Of a DNA stretch of 64,000 bases, positions 25,284 to 38,350 are shown in pieces. The stretch is from contig JALMLS010000539.1 of assembly GCA_038496445.1 (NCBI GenBank), positions 1 through 64,000 of the forward strand, in the 5' to 3' direction. The stretch comes from Trichosphaerium sp. ATCC 40318 (lineage: Eukaryota > Protista > Tubulinea). Positions within the stretch are counted from its first letter, which is position 1. Each line of letters starts with the position of its first letter. Below the pieces are notes generated by a model. That model saw only the letters and a program-made list of their open reading frames with translations. It searched no databases and had not been told where the DNA came from. Position numbers and translations under genes: made by a program.

Positions 25284-26356
25284 GGCTACGTGTGTACAAC
25301 GAAGGCTATTTATTGGATGTTTAAGTGATCTAATCAATCAAATTTTTAAGCATGATGTTGAAATCCACGGCTGGTTTACAACGTCAAACATGACATAAAC
25401 TATTGAAAACTATAACAAGGCTTAAACGGGTTGTTGAACACTACAAACTTGAACAAAAAAGCATCAAAAGAAAAAAGAAAAAAGAAAAAAAATCAATCAT
25501 TGCTGTACAGCATTGATAAATATCTGATCTTGTTTTCCATGTGCGAATGCTAGCATATACCTGTGGTTTTAGTGAATACCACAATATTTTTTAAAAGTGA
25601 TATGATTCTGTATTAAACTGTTTGAGTGAATGGGTATGTCACAAGAGTTATTCGAATATGATACTGTGCGGACTGCTATTGCATATCTGACATTGTGCTT
25701 TGGTATCGGCCCCCTGGGGAGTTAATTGAAGTTAATGGGAACTCAAGGAAATAAATGCCTGACTTGTACAAGTTCCAGAAGTAAGTGGCTCAGAGTGGAT
25801 CATATTCGAAATGGGTTTTTTTTGAAGAAAGAAAAAACAAAATCAATACTTTCAATTTCTGCTAAACAATGTGCTTTAGACTTAATCAATTATTCAAAAA
25901 TAAGTTTTAAGCCCATTTACAGTATGTAGAGCTCTTGAATAGCAAGTGGTGCAGTTTATTTTAGATTTTGCTGGAGTTCCTTGAGGACACACTACAATAA
26001 CCCTGACGTGAAAGCGATAGCATACTTTGCCTGTACTAGAAAAAAACATGGTGCAAATGAAGAATAAACTCTCACAAAAGATACCTTCTGAAGTGCAAAG
26101 TGGTATTCGAAACAGATATGTTGCTACCTGGTTCTTATAACAATATATTGTATGGAACGTACTGTCTTTTTCCAAAAGAATACAAAACAAGACGGTCTTT
26201 TTTATGTAATTTTTTTGTTTATTTGATAAATCACGTGATGACCGTAGAGTTTGAAGCGTTATTTATAAGAGGTTTGCTTCAGTAATATTTTGGTTTGTTT
26301 TACAACCCGTTTAAAAGAGGATCGGGATCACTATTAATTCATCTTCAAAGAACTCT

Positions 26357-27076
26357 TTAAAAAACTTTCTCTCCGCATCTACTGCAAAAAATTCCTCTGT
26401 AGGTGCCAGAATGTACAGCATTACCGCATTTAGGGCATGACGTATTTCCTTTTTGTACGAAACCACGCTCCTCTATGCATATAGGTTAATACAAAGCCCG
26501 AAAACTAACAGACAAAAGTAAAATGCAGAAAAGGAGTTTCTGAGATTTTTTTTTTCAAATCGATAACTTCGCTTGAAACTTACTGATTACGCCTTCTTTC
26601 GCCCACGTGGTACCAGCAGTTGATCCTGTCTTATGCGAATCCAATTGTGTACTTCCCAACACACCACTAGCGATAGGCGGTTAATAAAACGGTTTTTTAA
26701 AATAACAAAAAGGAATAAGCGCCAAACACGTGTTACGAGCAGACAATTAAAAAAACTCGCGAGATTAAAGTTTTTCGCCCGATTTTTGCGATAAGCTCGC
26801 GGTATAACGTAATAGAGAGCGTACCGGTATCCAGGAAGGGCTATATTACTTCCATAGCAAGCATTACAATATATTTTATCGCCGTGATTGCTTATTTTGC
26901 CAGGTGGTAGTGTTTTACTACAAACTACGCACTTCAAGCATACCTTGTGGTACACCTTTCCAAGGGCAGAAACGCGTTCTATTACGGAAAAGTTAAACGT
27001 TTTTTAACGATAAAGGGTAGAGTTTACCTGCGAAATATACTGTCTTTCCGCATGTAGGGCACTTTGGGCTGGACAT
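26357..27076 (-). CDS. CRIP/CSRP-like LIM-domain protein with C-terminal CxxC..CxxC zinc ribbon
   Basis: [52 protein letters not shown]; tail CPKCG..FCSRCGEKVF*. Confidence 0.88.
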
Positions 27077-27611
27077 GATGGCTTGTAAACTTGAGATTTA
27101 TAAAACTGAAAATAATACAATCCTCTGCCAGGGCTCTGGGTTTTTTACCAGGGCTATCTTACTAACGTTTACTGTGTACCAAAACTCCGTGTTTGGTGTA
27201 CTCAGTACAGTTGCGGTTAATTAATATTCAATCAAGTGGTGAGATGATCATAAAAGAGGAAATAAGGAAGAAAGCGAAAAAAATGTGGAGCATTTTCGTT
27301 TTTGTACAAATAATTGTTTTCACTTATCTGAAAATCGTGACATACTGCGGGTTGACGTTTCTAAAATAGTGTAAAATTATTCTTTTTGTGATTACTGATA
27401 TTTTTGAAGGGACAATCGAGTTTTCAAAAGAAAGAACTAAACAAAAGCCACCGTGAATTCTCGTTTCTTTTCAGGATTTCAGGAATACCAAAAAACCAAA
27501 GCTTACGTTTTCTGTTCTTGCGCGCTAGTAGTTATCCGATGACTTTATATATCGCAGTATAACTATCACTTATAGAAATCACCAAAATAGAGAATACAAG
27601 TTGGATTCCAT

Positions 27612-30600
27612 TTATTTCGCGTGTTGTAAAAAATTTGGAGTAGTACTTTTTGGTTTTTGAGAGTAAGCATACCAAGCAGTAGCCCCAAGACCTACAGCAA
27701 CAATTAAAGCTATACTTCCTATTGTAAATGACATTGACATCTTTGTAGAGTCAGGAACCATAGATACCTAAGTACGGAAAGTAAGAAAAGCGTCTAGTAA
27801 TTATTTGAAAAAAAACGAACAAAAAAAAAGTTACGGCATCAGGCTTGGCTTCCTACATTGAGTAATTACACTCGCAGGAAGCCAAACTTAGGTGCTTGTA
27901 ATACGTAAATGTTATATGATGAGAGCGTACTATTGTATAGCCGGACATTGGACAGAATTGATGTATCAAAGTTGTTGCCATCTCCCTTGTTACACCTTGC
28001 AGTTGAGTGCTGTCATTATTTGTGCTGTGTGTTAAGCTAGTTCGAGATGCATTTAGTACTTGCTCTGTACTTTTACCAAGCTCTGAAGTTGCCATGTCAT
28101 AAAGCGCTTCACGGAATTCAGTTTGAGAAGGCTAAACAGAACGTCAAACACAATAATCTTGGGGCTGACGTACGCCCTTTGCATGAAGGTCTTTCATTAG
28201 TTGAATAATCTTACTTATGACACTCCGTCTATGTGTTGTTTCACATGTGACCTCAATAACTAGCTCACCTTGAAGTGCATCTCTAAAAAAAGTAAGCCAA
28301 AAAGTCAAAACATTAAAACGGTTTTTTCTTCTGTTGTTAACAGAACTACTTGCCCTCAGGACTGAGGTAGTAAAGCCCAAGCGTAGTAAAATTTATGAAC
28401 AATAAAGTATAAAATAAATAAGTACCCAAACATGTAATGATGCTTTGCACTGACATTGTAAACCTTTTGAGCACCAACAAGAAGTATTGAAGAAAATCTT
28501 GCGTTCAGTAAATGTGAAACAAGTTCAAGCTCTTGCGGTGCTACCTCAAAAGCAGTGGGTATTGGCCAAGTTAATGATACATAAGAGTATGGTAGTTCAT
28601 GGTAAACTACTTTAGATGTAATGCCAGGCCGAAAAGTCAAGGAGCTTTTCAGCTGTCTTAATGATATACGATGTGTTGTTTCTGATCTTAGAGGGTGTCT
28701 ATTTGGCGACTTACCAAGGAACTCTTTCAATAGCTTTCCCAACTTTTTTACACCGCCTACGCATGGAAATCAATAAAAAAATTACATCTCATTTTTTTCC
28801 GGTTATTGCTATTTTCAAAGTCCTGCACGTGCTCTACAAACATAGAATTTTGTTTGTTGCTTCCAAGTATGTTTTCGAAGAATTTCACAGTGTGTATGAC
28901 GTTATTAAGTAGTGTAAAGTCTCAAAAGTTGGTAATGAATAAAATGTTTTTTTTTATGGTACCTGAAAAGTTCACTGAGTTTGTGATATAGAAAGTCATC
29001 TCTGAAGGGTTACCAAAGCATTGATCGTATATATCGTTTAGTATGTGAGCACTTAAATGACTTAAAATTGATTTACGATCAACATATATGAATGGATGCT
29101 CTCGCCAGTTCCATTTAATGCGCTTAATATTTTGTTAGTTTTACCAGGTATACAATATGGAAACTTACCTCTGTTGTCCAATCTACGTTGTCCGGTTTGC
29201 TTCTTATATCTCTAGCAAGCTTGGATCTTTCGTCTTCAACATCTTGATCGCTGAATGGTGATGTGATTATCATACACTGTCTTACCAAAGTCAACATATC
29301 AACTAATCCTTCTTGTCTTGTTGAGAAATTTATTGAACGTGATGTGTGAGATACCTTGATGAGTGTTTAAGTTGGAGGTGTTGGTGATTTTAGCGTACGT
29401 TTATATCAAGTTTATTTTGGGCTATTCCATATGTTTTTAACATTGTAGAGAGGTAATAAGCATTAACAAAGCGTTTGTAATCGGTAGAAGCAAAAGCCTT
29501 TCATAAAAATGTTAAACAGCTCAATTACCAACTGACGTACTTCTACGGTCCCACGTCCTTCTGCGTACCTTTTAAACAATTATGAGCAATTGTAAACACA
29601 TATAATAAGTACATAGTACTTTGTTGCGAGGACGTACATGTTTATGTGTATGGCTTCAGTGCCTGGAAACATATTTGTATCATACTCAACTTTCGCTCCA
29701 TTTGGAAGTGTCAGTGTTGTTGAAGGAGATGCCGTGAGATTATCAACTGCATCTAAGCTATTTCTACCATTTACTTCTTGTTCCAGAGGCTCTTCTGGCC
29801 TTGGAGTGAATACCTTAGACTAGCTTAACATTTAACTTGCTAATAGTAACATACTGTCTCATCAATAACAGTCTGTGTGCTACTCCATTCTTCTTTTGTT
29901 ATTGGTGCCTTCTGATCTTTTGGGTATCGAACAATAACTAAGAGCTGCTCTGAGTTAAAAATATCGCTAACACAAGCTCTTAAGTGCTCTGGTGTCATTT
30001 TATCTAGAAGCTACAGTTCCTTAGGTACATTTGGATGCTTATTGTTGTTCATACCTGAAGCCATGGGTGACTGTCATCAGCAACGTAGTCATTAGTATGT
30101 AATAATATACCAGACCATAATTGAATACATGACTCAGAAGAACTCTCAGCACCATCATCAACCTAGATATGGACATTAGTTGGAATGTTATTTTTGTTTG
30201 TATTTTCGTAGAACAATGTGAACGCACACCTTTGTGCTTTGCCAGTATGTATAAAAATACTCAAGCATGTTTGCAAATTCTGTATGAGAAAGAGCAATAC
30301 GTTTGTAGTAAGATATAGAGCTATAAACTTGGTGCATTGCAGCTGGTATACCTTCTACTAATGCATTAGAACAAAACTTCACTAAATTACTGCTTTGATA
30401 CCTGCTGGCCCTTCAAAATGTACACTAAATGTTGTTGTATGTTGAATAGTTTGTGGCCAATCTAAGCGTTGAGAGTTAAAAAAATCGAGGTACTGGCTTC
30501 CTCGAAAAAGAAAACATACCAACTACCACTGGAAAGTCGAGTTCTTTTTGAATCAGTGTAGTAACAATGAGTACTGAAAGGTAATTCTTGAGGCGTCGAA

Positions 30601-32236
30601 GTGTTGTTAATGGATGTAATGTACTTGCTCTATGCCTGTGGGTAAGTTAGTATCAAATGTGCTTTAAAATCACAAATTTTACTGTTCGTACTTGTATGTG
30701 AAAGCGACGTGTATGTTGTCCATATTAAGCCCTTGACATACAAAATTACTGTCAAGTGTAATAGGAGGTATTGGAGGAGAGAATACTTGATCGTGTTTAG
30801 CCATCTAGATAATTAAAAAAATAAGAAAGAAATGAACCTGACTTTTTTATTTCATCCACAAAAAAACTTTGAACGCACTTTACCAAAAGTCTGTTTCAGT
30901 AAATAGATAACATCCTTGTCTGATCGAATATCACCAGCAATACCAATACCCATTAAGTGAGGCTAATCATGTACACGTAAGAGAAATGAATTAATATTGT
31001 TAACCGTACTTGGTACCACTTTTTTTTAAAGCTAGATAAAGACTCAACTGTAGCATTTCCAATGGTCTCAGAAGTGCCATTCAATGGTCTACAGTATAAA
31101 CTTTCACTACCATATAACGCTCCATTGAAGCAGCGTTTAATCTCTGCAGTTGGACCTAATCATTAAGTCAGCAAAGTATGAAAGCGCTAAAAATTTTAAG
31201 TACCTTGTTGCTGGAGCTCATCTAAGATTATTTGTTGTTCTTCTCGGACATCTTCAGCTTTATAGTCTATTGTATTAACCCATTCATATAGTATACTAAT
31301 TGCTTTCTCTAATTTCGTCCATTCTTTTGACTCACGGCAAATCTCTCCGTTTTCTAACTTATTGCAAAGTCAATCAAAAATAGTATTCGTCTATCCTTCC
31401 AAACACGTGTTTAACGTACAGGTACACAAAAATCAAATCTGGTGAATTCCCAGTACGTCCAAGACATGTCGTTCCATTGTTCAAGGCCAATACTTTTAGC
31501 AAATTCAACCATTCTAAGGTTTAACTGCAATTAGTCATAAAACTTGACATCCAAAACAAAAATGGCAAACAACGTGACACTGGAAGTTTGAATAAGGCTT
31601 ACGCATTCTTGGAGATGTTTTTAGACCCATAGAACGCCATACGTTGTGCAAATCGAGCATAACCAAGTTCTTCCGGTGATTCGCATACAGAACCAACCTT
31701 GCTTGTTTTAATCCAACGAAAGCAAGGTAAAACAGATACGTACGCGTAATACAAGTGTTATATAAACGCATTGAGGTGGTGAAGCCGTTTTCCGTACATA
31801 ATATCTAAAACCGTTGGGAAACGATCCTAATATCGTTTGAGTACGTAAGAGAGCATTTTTAATCATTTTAGTACTAGATTTATTCGTGTCATCCTCTGGA
31901 AACAAATCGTCGTCTTCTAGGGGATTGTAATCGCGGCCAGCTTGTATCTAATGCGTAATAAGCAGCTGAATCCATTTTGTGCGGTTACTTTGCATTGCCA
32001 TGTGTCTACAATTGATGGATCACGCGCTATCTCTATGCTACGGCGTAACGCTCCTCCTATGCTACATAATGTAAGTTTACAATAACTTCTCAAAAAGCCT
32101 TTGTACTTTGGACGCAGTGGTTCAATGTTATCCTCGTCCTCTAAGCTGCGTAAGTATGCTACACAAAGCGTAATAAACTTTACTTTCCTTCACTGAGCGC
32201 TAATTCAGCAGAAGAGTTTAAAGCTCTGCCTATCAT
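27612..32236 (-). CDS. PqqL-like M16 metallopeptidase homolog, catalytically degenerate, C-terminal tail anchor; many exons
   Basis: GSFPNGFRYYVR..LVLRVGSVCESPEELGYARFAQRMAFYGS, TYWEFTRF, IGNATVESLSSFKKKWY.PHLMGIGIAGD, TLTLPNGAKV, FGNPSEMTFYITGN. Hydrophobic C-terminal segment. Confidence 0.8.
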
Positions 32237-32335
32237 ATGTCACAGGGTTAATACTACCAAGTTGCGACTATTACTTTGACATTCTTAACAATACGAAGTC
32301 AAAAATGTTCAGAAATTGTTTTAACGCTCTACACT

Positions 32336-33278
32336 ATGACAACTAAGGTTTATCTACCTGGTGAAGTCATATTTGACAATAACGAGAACACAATTAGAGC
32401 AGGACCTGGCATTACACAAAATAAAGATTTAAAAATCATCGCAACAAAGGCAGGAGTACTACAGAAGCGCGGAAAAGATTTACACTGGATAGAAAACTCA
32501 CAGAAAAGGGTATTTTATCACAGAGCTTCGTTTATGCTTATTAATACGCGTCAGTATGTTCCAGCCATCGAGGATATTGTAATTGGAACGGTTGTTGATA
32601 AACGCAGCGCGGATTGGTTAGTAGACATTGGCGCTCACCAACACGCCACACTGAGCATATACGCGTTTGAAGGTACAGGCATTTTATCAAAAAACCTCTA
32701 AACGCACCAATAGGCGCTACAAAAAAGAACAGAGCTAACCTAAACGTTGGCGATCTCGTTTACGCAAGAGTACGTGACATTGGTTTTTTAAGTGTCAAAA
32801 GTTTTTTTTTAAATCTGCTTTAGGTAACTGTAGCTAATAAGGATATGCAACCAGAGATTGTATGTGTATCATCTTCAGTACGTGTTGATTGCCGTTTTGG
32901 TTAAAAAATAACAAAATGTGAAAATAGAACAAAGCTGATGGTTTTGGTCCTCTACAAGATGGTTACGCTTTTAAATGCTCTATTGGACTAGCTAGACAGT
33001 ACGTTTAGGATGCTAGTAAACTTACAACACCTTCGAATGGAAACAAAACGATCACCTAACTGAGTTTATATAGATGCCTTTCAGACACTGTAGTTGTTTT
33101 AAAAGAGCTAGGAAAACGTATCCCTTACGAAATAGCTATTGGTATGAACGGTAAAATATGGATCAACTCTACAGAAGCACAACATACTATTATAATCGCA
33201 AATGCTGTTATGAATAGTGAGTTTATGAGTGATAGTGCGATCGTTAAGATGTGTAATGAATTGATTCAGAAAATTTAA
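32336..33278 (+). CDS. RRP40: Exosome complex component RRP40
   Basis: LPGE..GPGI..ATKAGVL..WIENSQKR/YVPAIEDIVIGTV..VDIG..A.LS..AFEGATKKNRANLNVGDLVYARV..YEIAIGMNGKIWI. Confidence 0.95.
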
Positions 33279-33509
33279 AAGTTGTTCAAGACTTCCACTC
33301 AGAGATAGCTCTTTAATGGAACATACACCATTTTCCATATGCCCTGGTATACTAGAAAATATACTAAACACTTTTTGAGTGTATGCCAGATTTCAAGGTT
33401 TTTGTACAAAGAAGAAAGGAAAAAAATAAAAAAGAATGATAACACGTTTTGTAGTTCAATGAATAGATTTCTTTTTTTCTTCGGCAGTTGTTTACTATTT
33501 AACAAGATA

Positions 33510-34184
33510 ATGGCAACATATCTAGTCATAATAGATTTGGAAGCTACTTGTACACCATCAAAGAGTATGGCTCAACCTGTTCCTCAAGAAGTCATCGAGT
33601 TTCCCGCTATTCTTCTTAATGCTAGTTCAAATGAAGTAATTTCTGAATTTCACCATTATGTTCGACCTACAATACACCCAAAATTGCATCCATTTTGTAC
33701 CAGACTGACAGGTATCAAACAAGAAGTTGTGGACAATAGTGCAATATTACAAGATGTACTAAAAGAGTTTGACGTTTGGATATCAAAACTTGGTTTTGAT
33801 GAAGATGACTTTGCTGTTGTGACGTGTGGTGATTGGGATATTGGTTGCTTACTTTTGAATGAATGTAATCATAAGCAATTAGATAATCTATTAACCAAGA
33901 AGTATTGGCAATCTTGGATTAATCTTAAAGCTGTGTTTAAAAAATGCTACAATAAGAAAAAGGAACATTCTTTTCTAAAGATGATGGATTTTTTAGCATT
34001 AAAGATTATTGGTAGGCATCACAGAGGTATTGATGATACGAGAAATATAACTAGAATAGTTCAACAAATGGTTAAAGACGGATTCTTGGATGGATTTGCA
34101 ATCACAAGTGCAACACGTTTAAAAACAGTGAAACAAGCAGTGTCATCTTCCAACAAAACGTACACAGGCTCTGTTAGAGTATAG
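33510..34184 (+). CDS. ERI1/3'hExo-family DEDDh 3'-5' exonuclease, intronless
   Basis: IIDLEATC..EVIEFPA..FHHYVRP..P.L..FCT.LTGI.Q..VD, VTCGDWD, WINLK, GRHHRGIDDTRN. Confidence 0.92.
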   Translation: MATYLVIIDLEATCTPSKSMAQPVPQEVIEFPAILLNASSNEVISEFHHYVRPTIHPKLHPFCTRLTGIKQEVVDNSAILQDVLKEFDVWISKLGFDEDDFAVVTCGDWDIGCLLLNECNHKQLDNLLTKKYWQSWINLKAVFKKCYNKKKEHSFLKMMDFLALKIIGRHHRGIDDTRNITRIVQQMVKDGFLDGFAITSATRLKTVKQAVSSSNKTYTGSVRV

Positions 34185-34414
34185 GAGAAGCTTTATATCC
34201 AAAGCCGCTTCCTTCTGATTTATAAAATGTCACCCAACAAAAGTGAGACTGTCACGTGAAATAATAAAACAACCACAATCCAATATATTCTTGTCTTCTG
34301 TATCTCTTTAAGTACTATCGGATGTATGTCCAATTTAAGGAATAGTGCTGTAGTACTTTTTGTAACTAAGAATTGCTTTCGAGCTCGTATGGAATTACAT
34401 GAAGAACTCCAACG

Positions 34415-34779
34415 TAACGCCCTTCCGTTATGAATGAATAATTTGAATATTCAAATACAGCCACATTCACAAATATTCACGACTAATAAAATTCATTCAT
34501 TATTCATGCACACAGTAAACGGTCGAAAATTGTGCAATTTGATGGCAGGTTTTGACTGGATTGGTGGCTTTTGGTGTTCTGTTGACTAGTCCGATTCGGT
34601 TTTCAAATGCAACTTGTTGAATCTATCCATTTGGTACATCGCTAGGTGCTACAAACCAAAAGTTCCTCAACATCCTGACTCACCAAACGCCCATGAATAT
34701 TCATGAATGAATATTAGTGAATATGGCTTACGGGACAATGAATATGAATATTGCTTGTATTCATAAAGGAAGGGCGTTA
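34415..34779. mobile_element. Non-autonomous hAT-type DNA transposon (MITE), 365 bp
   Basis: 21-bp TIRs TAACGCCCTTCC(G/T)TTATGAAT with 1 mismatch. Perfect 8-bp TSD CTCCAACG at 34407-34414 and 34780-34787. Subterminal GAATA/TATTC repeats. Confidence 0.92.
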
Positions 34780-35516
34780 CTCCAACGTGCTTTTTTATAA
34801 GGATTTTTTAGAAACCAAGTTGCATATCATTCAGTCAAAGTTCAAACATGAGGAAAGCTAGGGATTATTGTACAATCTATGGCATCTGAAGTCGTAACTA
34901 AATGCATTGGTTGGGATGGCTCAACAAACAAAATGGAGAAAATCATTTCTGTCTTATCCAGGATGGGTTGACTTTGTTACAAAATACAGAATTTTGTCCG
35001 AAATCTTTCGCAAACTTTTACAGCCACTCTATAATTCTGGTTTTGTGGGCTGTTGGAATTGTTAAAGGCACACAAAAGACGAGAATACGGGTACGAGAGA
35101 CGTGGCCTTAGTTGTAAGATAACATTTATTATTATTATGACGGGTCGTTACATAATTCAGAGAATACATTTTACCATTATCTCGATCGAGATGGCATGAT
35201 TAAAAGTAATCAGAGAATAGTAACGTATGCTGTTGCACGTTACTGTTGACTATTACGGATGTAGCCTTACACCACGTGATTATTTTGTTGATACCAATAA
35301 TTAGGAAACTCGTAGCTGTCATGAATGTAAAAGGTAAAAAGCTATTGCGCAATTATACGCTCTTATTAGCCACCTATCTCTCGTGTACGGATGGCTGTAA
35401 CGAACAATATTTTTCTACGATCATCTGTTTTTAGGCAAAATTAGCCTTCGCTTCACAGAATGGGGACGGAGGCTGTATAAGCAAACAGTAAAAAACACTA
35501 CAAACGAATACAACAC

Positions 35517-36463
35517 ATGCTAGACTCTATAAAAAGCTTTAACAAGGGTGAATTAAAGGAAACTGGTAAAACAGCCTTTAAATCAACAGCAACCGTTGAA
35601 GGAAGAAAGTTACTAGGCTCTATCCGTGGGTTTAACCGTAAAGAGTTGGCAGAACAAGATAAAAATATAAGAGGCGAGACATTGGTAGTTGCGAAGGGTA
35701 GATCGTGTTACGGCATGGATGGAGAGGATGCTACAGAATATTTCGACACAGACGAAGAAATAGCTCAAAAAGTAAAGAAACTCGCTGAATACGTCAAGCA
35801 ATCCAAGTACATGGTACGACAACGCGTACTGCGTAATAAACTCCGACGGTTTATTAATTACATTCACAGGTCGCTTTCACAGGCGCTGGTATATCAACAT
35901 CTAGTGGCATTCCTGATTTCAGAGGTCCCAAGGGTGTTTGGACGTTAAAGGAGCAGGGAAAGGTATATTTAGAAAAGAAAATGACAACTTTGTGCTAACG
36001 CGACTACTAGCATGCAAAGGGCGTCGATATGAAAAAAGCCAATCCTACAAAAGCACATGTTGCTCTAGCAAAGCTTGCCGATAAAGACATACTAAAATAC
36101 GTCGTTACAACAAATGTTGATGGGTTACATGAGAAGGGAGGGTTGCCTCCAAGTAAGTTTTGCGAATTACATGGCTCATTAAAGAAAGGGTATACGATAG
36201 CTTTTGGACAAGAGCTTCCAAAGGAAGAAATAGATAAGGCTATGAATCACTCAAACCAATGCGATTTGGCACTAGTTCTTGGTACATCTATGCGTGTATC
36301 TCCAGCAGCTAATTTACCAGAACATTCGTATAAAAACAAAGGTCACTTGGTTATTTGTAATCTACAAAAAACTCCTTATGATCGGTATGCTTCTATAGTA
36401 TTGCATGCGCGTACAGATCAAGTTATGGAGTTATTGATGAAGGAACTAGCTATTGACTTGTAA
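35517..36463 (+). CDS. Class IV (SIRT6/7-like) sirtuin with two N-terminal WH2/thymosin-like motifs and no Zn-binding subdomain
   Basis: Exons 35517-35813, 35870-35962, 36011-36463. Motifs [64 protein letters not shown]. Confidence 0.9.
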
Positions 36464-36516
36464 TAAAAAAATAAACTTGACTTAATTGAATTCAAATTCA
36501 ATTTTTTCGGCTACTG

Positions 36517-37491
36517 ATGAACACAAAGATGAAGCTGGTCGTTTTTATTTGTTAGTTGGTGTCTTACTGCTGTTCATAGACAAAGAAGCCAAAGAGCGCT
36601 CGAGAAGACTCAAATGGCAATGGTGATAAACGTAAAAAGCGCGTGGATGAAATACTGGGTGACGATAAGCTGTCACTGGCTTTTAAAGCCTTTTTACACG
36701 ATAGATACCAAGATGAAATATTTGAGTGCGTGAACTGTTCTTTGTCACCTACACGCGTTGTTCAGGCGATTAAAACCATTTCAAAACAGCTTGTATTAAT
36801 TTAGCAGTACAACGTATCAAATTTCTATTTACGTTACGCAATGCATTATAAGAAGCCAATTACTGAGTTTTATCGTATTTACTTTTTGTAATTGATGTAC
36901 GTTCTAACTTGCTTTAGCTTTTACGTTGAAGTCCTAGTGTTTGAAGAAACAAAAGAAAAGAATAATTTAAAGCGGTTGGGACTAGCTATTTACAGTCATT
37001 TTTTTTTGGAAGTATGTACTGTTTATAAGTCGTTTCTTTCTATTCTAATACTTACTTTAAAGGTTAAACTTCCTTGTACCAAGCGTGTGTCGGATAAGAT
37101 ATCGGCAGCAATACATTCAAATAGTTTTGATAATACGCTGTTTAATCTAGCTAAAGTAGAGGTCAGGCAATTGCTTGATACATATGCTATAGATTTTAAT
37201 GAAAAGGGTGATAAATCAGCTAAAATGAAGAAAGTTAAACAAGTTAAGAAATCAAAAGAAGCCGAAAGTGAAGACTTACGTGATATGATAAGTCAGTTAA
37301 AGTCTATTGTCTACTTGAGCTTTGATCATGTTCAACATGAGATTAAAAGCCTTGGACAAAGGCTTACGGCACTAGAACAGAACATGGACGGTGTTTTAGA
37401 TAAATTAGAAGATTTAGAGCAACATCAAACACGCCAAGCGCCAACAGAGAGTATAATGATGGACTTACTTGTTGATATGGACGCTGAATAA
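36517..37491 (+). CDS. RGS-domain protein with C-terminal coiled coil
   Basis: DEILGDDKLSLAFKAFLHDRYQDEIFDFYVEV..IYSHFF..V.LP..LFNLAKVEVRQLL, then heptads LGQRLTALEQNMDGVLDKLEDL. Confidence 0.8.
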
Positions 37492-38350
37492 ATAAATAAA
37501 TATACGTTGTATTTTGTACTTTTGATAACCAAGTTGTAGCGTTTAAAGTATAAAGGGGAACCTCTTTTGTTTATTGTAGAGGTCCTACACTGTATTTTTA
37601 TTCAACAGCAAGATATATATTTTGAGATTCTTTGAACTTTGGAAGTGTTGTGAATGAAAAACGAATTCGGTGTCTAAGAAACTTTCTCAAGTCAAGAGTA
37701 CCGTCATTTCTAGTTCTAGTTACGTTGTTTGTCTTTTTTAGGTATAAGTTACCTTGTATTAGTAAACTTTACTGAAAATATCACGTGCGAATTGATTCAG
37801 GAAAAACTCTCAAATGTTCGAGAAATTTGCCCGGTTTGAAACTTCATTATTTTAGATTGTATTTTTGATGACAACTACTCTTACTATTTTACTTAAACCG
37901 TGTTACAACGTCACCATAGAACCTGTGCGGTGCTTACGACAAACAACACAAAAGAAGAAAAAAACACAAAGAATCAAACCGAAATGTTGCACGAGAGTTT
38001 CTCTTACACCTATTTGTATTATACAGCCTAGAGAAACAAGATTGAATACCCGTATCATTACGTTAGGGTGACTGAATTTGTATGGAATCATTTTCCTTGT
38101 AATATTATTTGAGGGCGCAAAAAAATAAAGATATCTTGTACTTTACTATGAATCGTTATCAAATTGCAAGAACACTCCTCTTTTAGCGATCCAAACGTCA
38201 AATCACTTTACGCAATGTTAGTGAACGCTCTCATAAGAACACTAAGTGAAACATATCGAGAAATCGACCTCATTGAGCAAAAATGCAAGCTGGTTGCCTA
38301 AAAAGGAACAATCAACAGTTCATGTTTTTGACAATTTCTATGTTTATTTG

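Noticed and set aside
32336-34184. RRP40 adjacent to an ERI exonuclease as a functional RNA-decay cluster
   Set aside because: Two genes only; adjacency in a compact genome is plausibly chance without synteny evidence.
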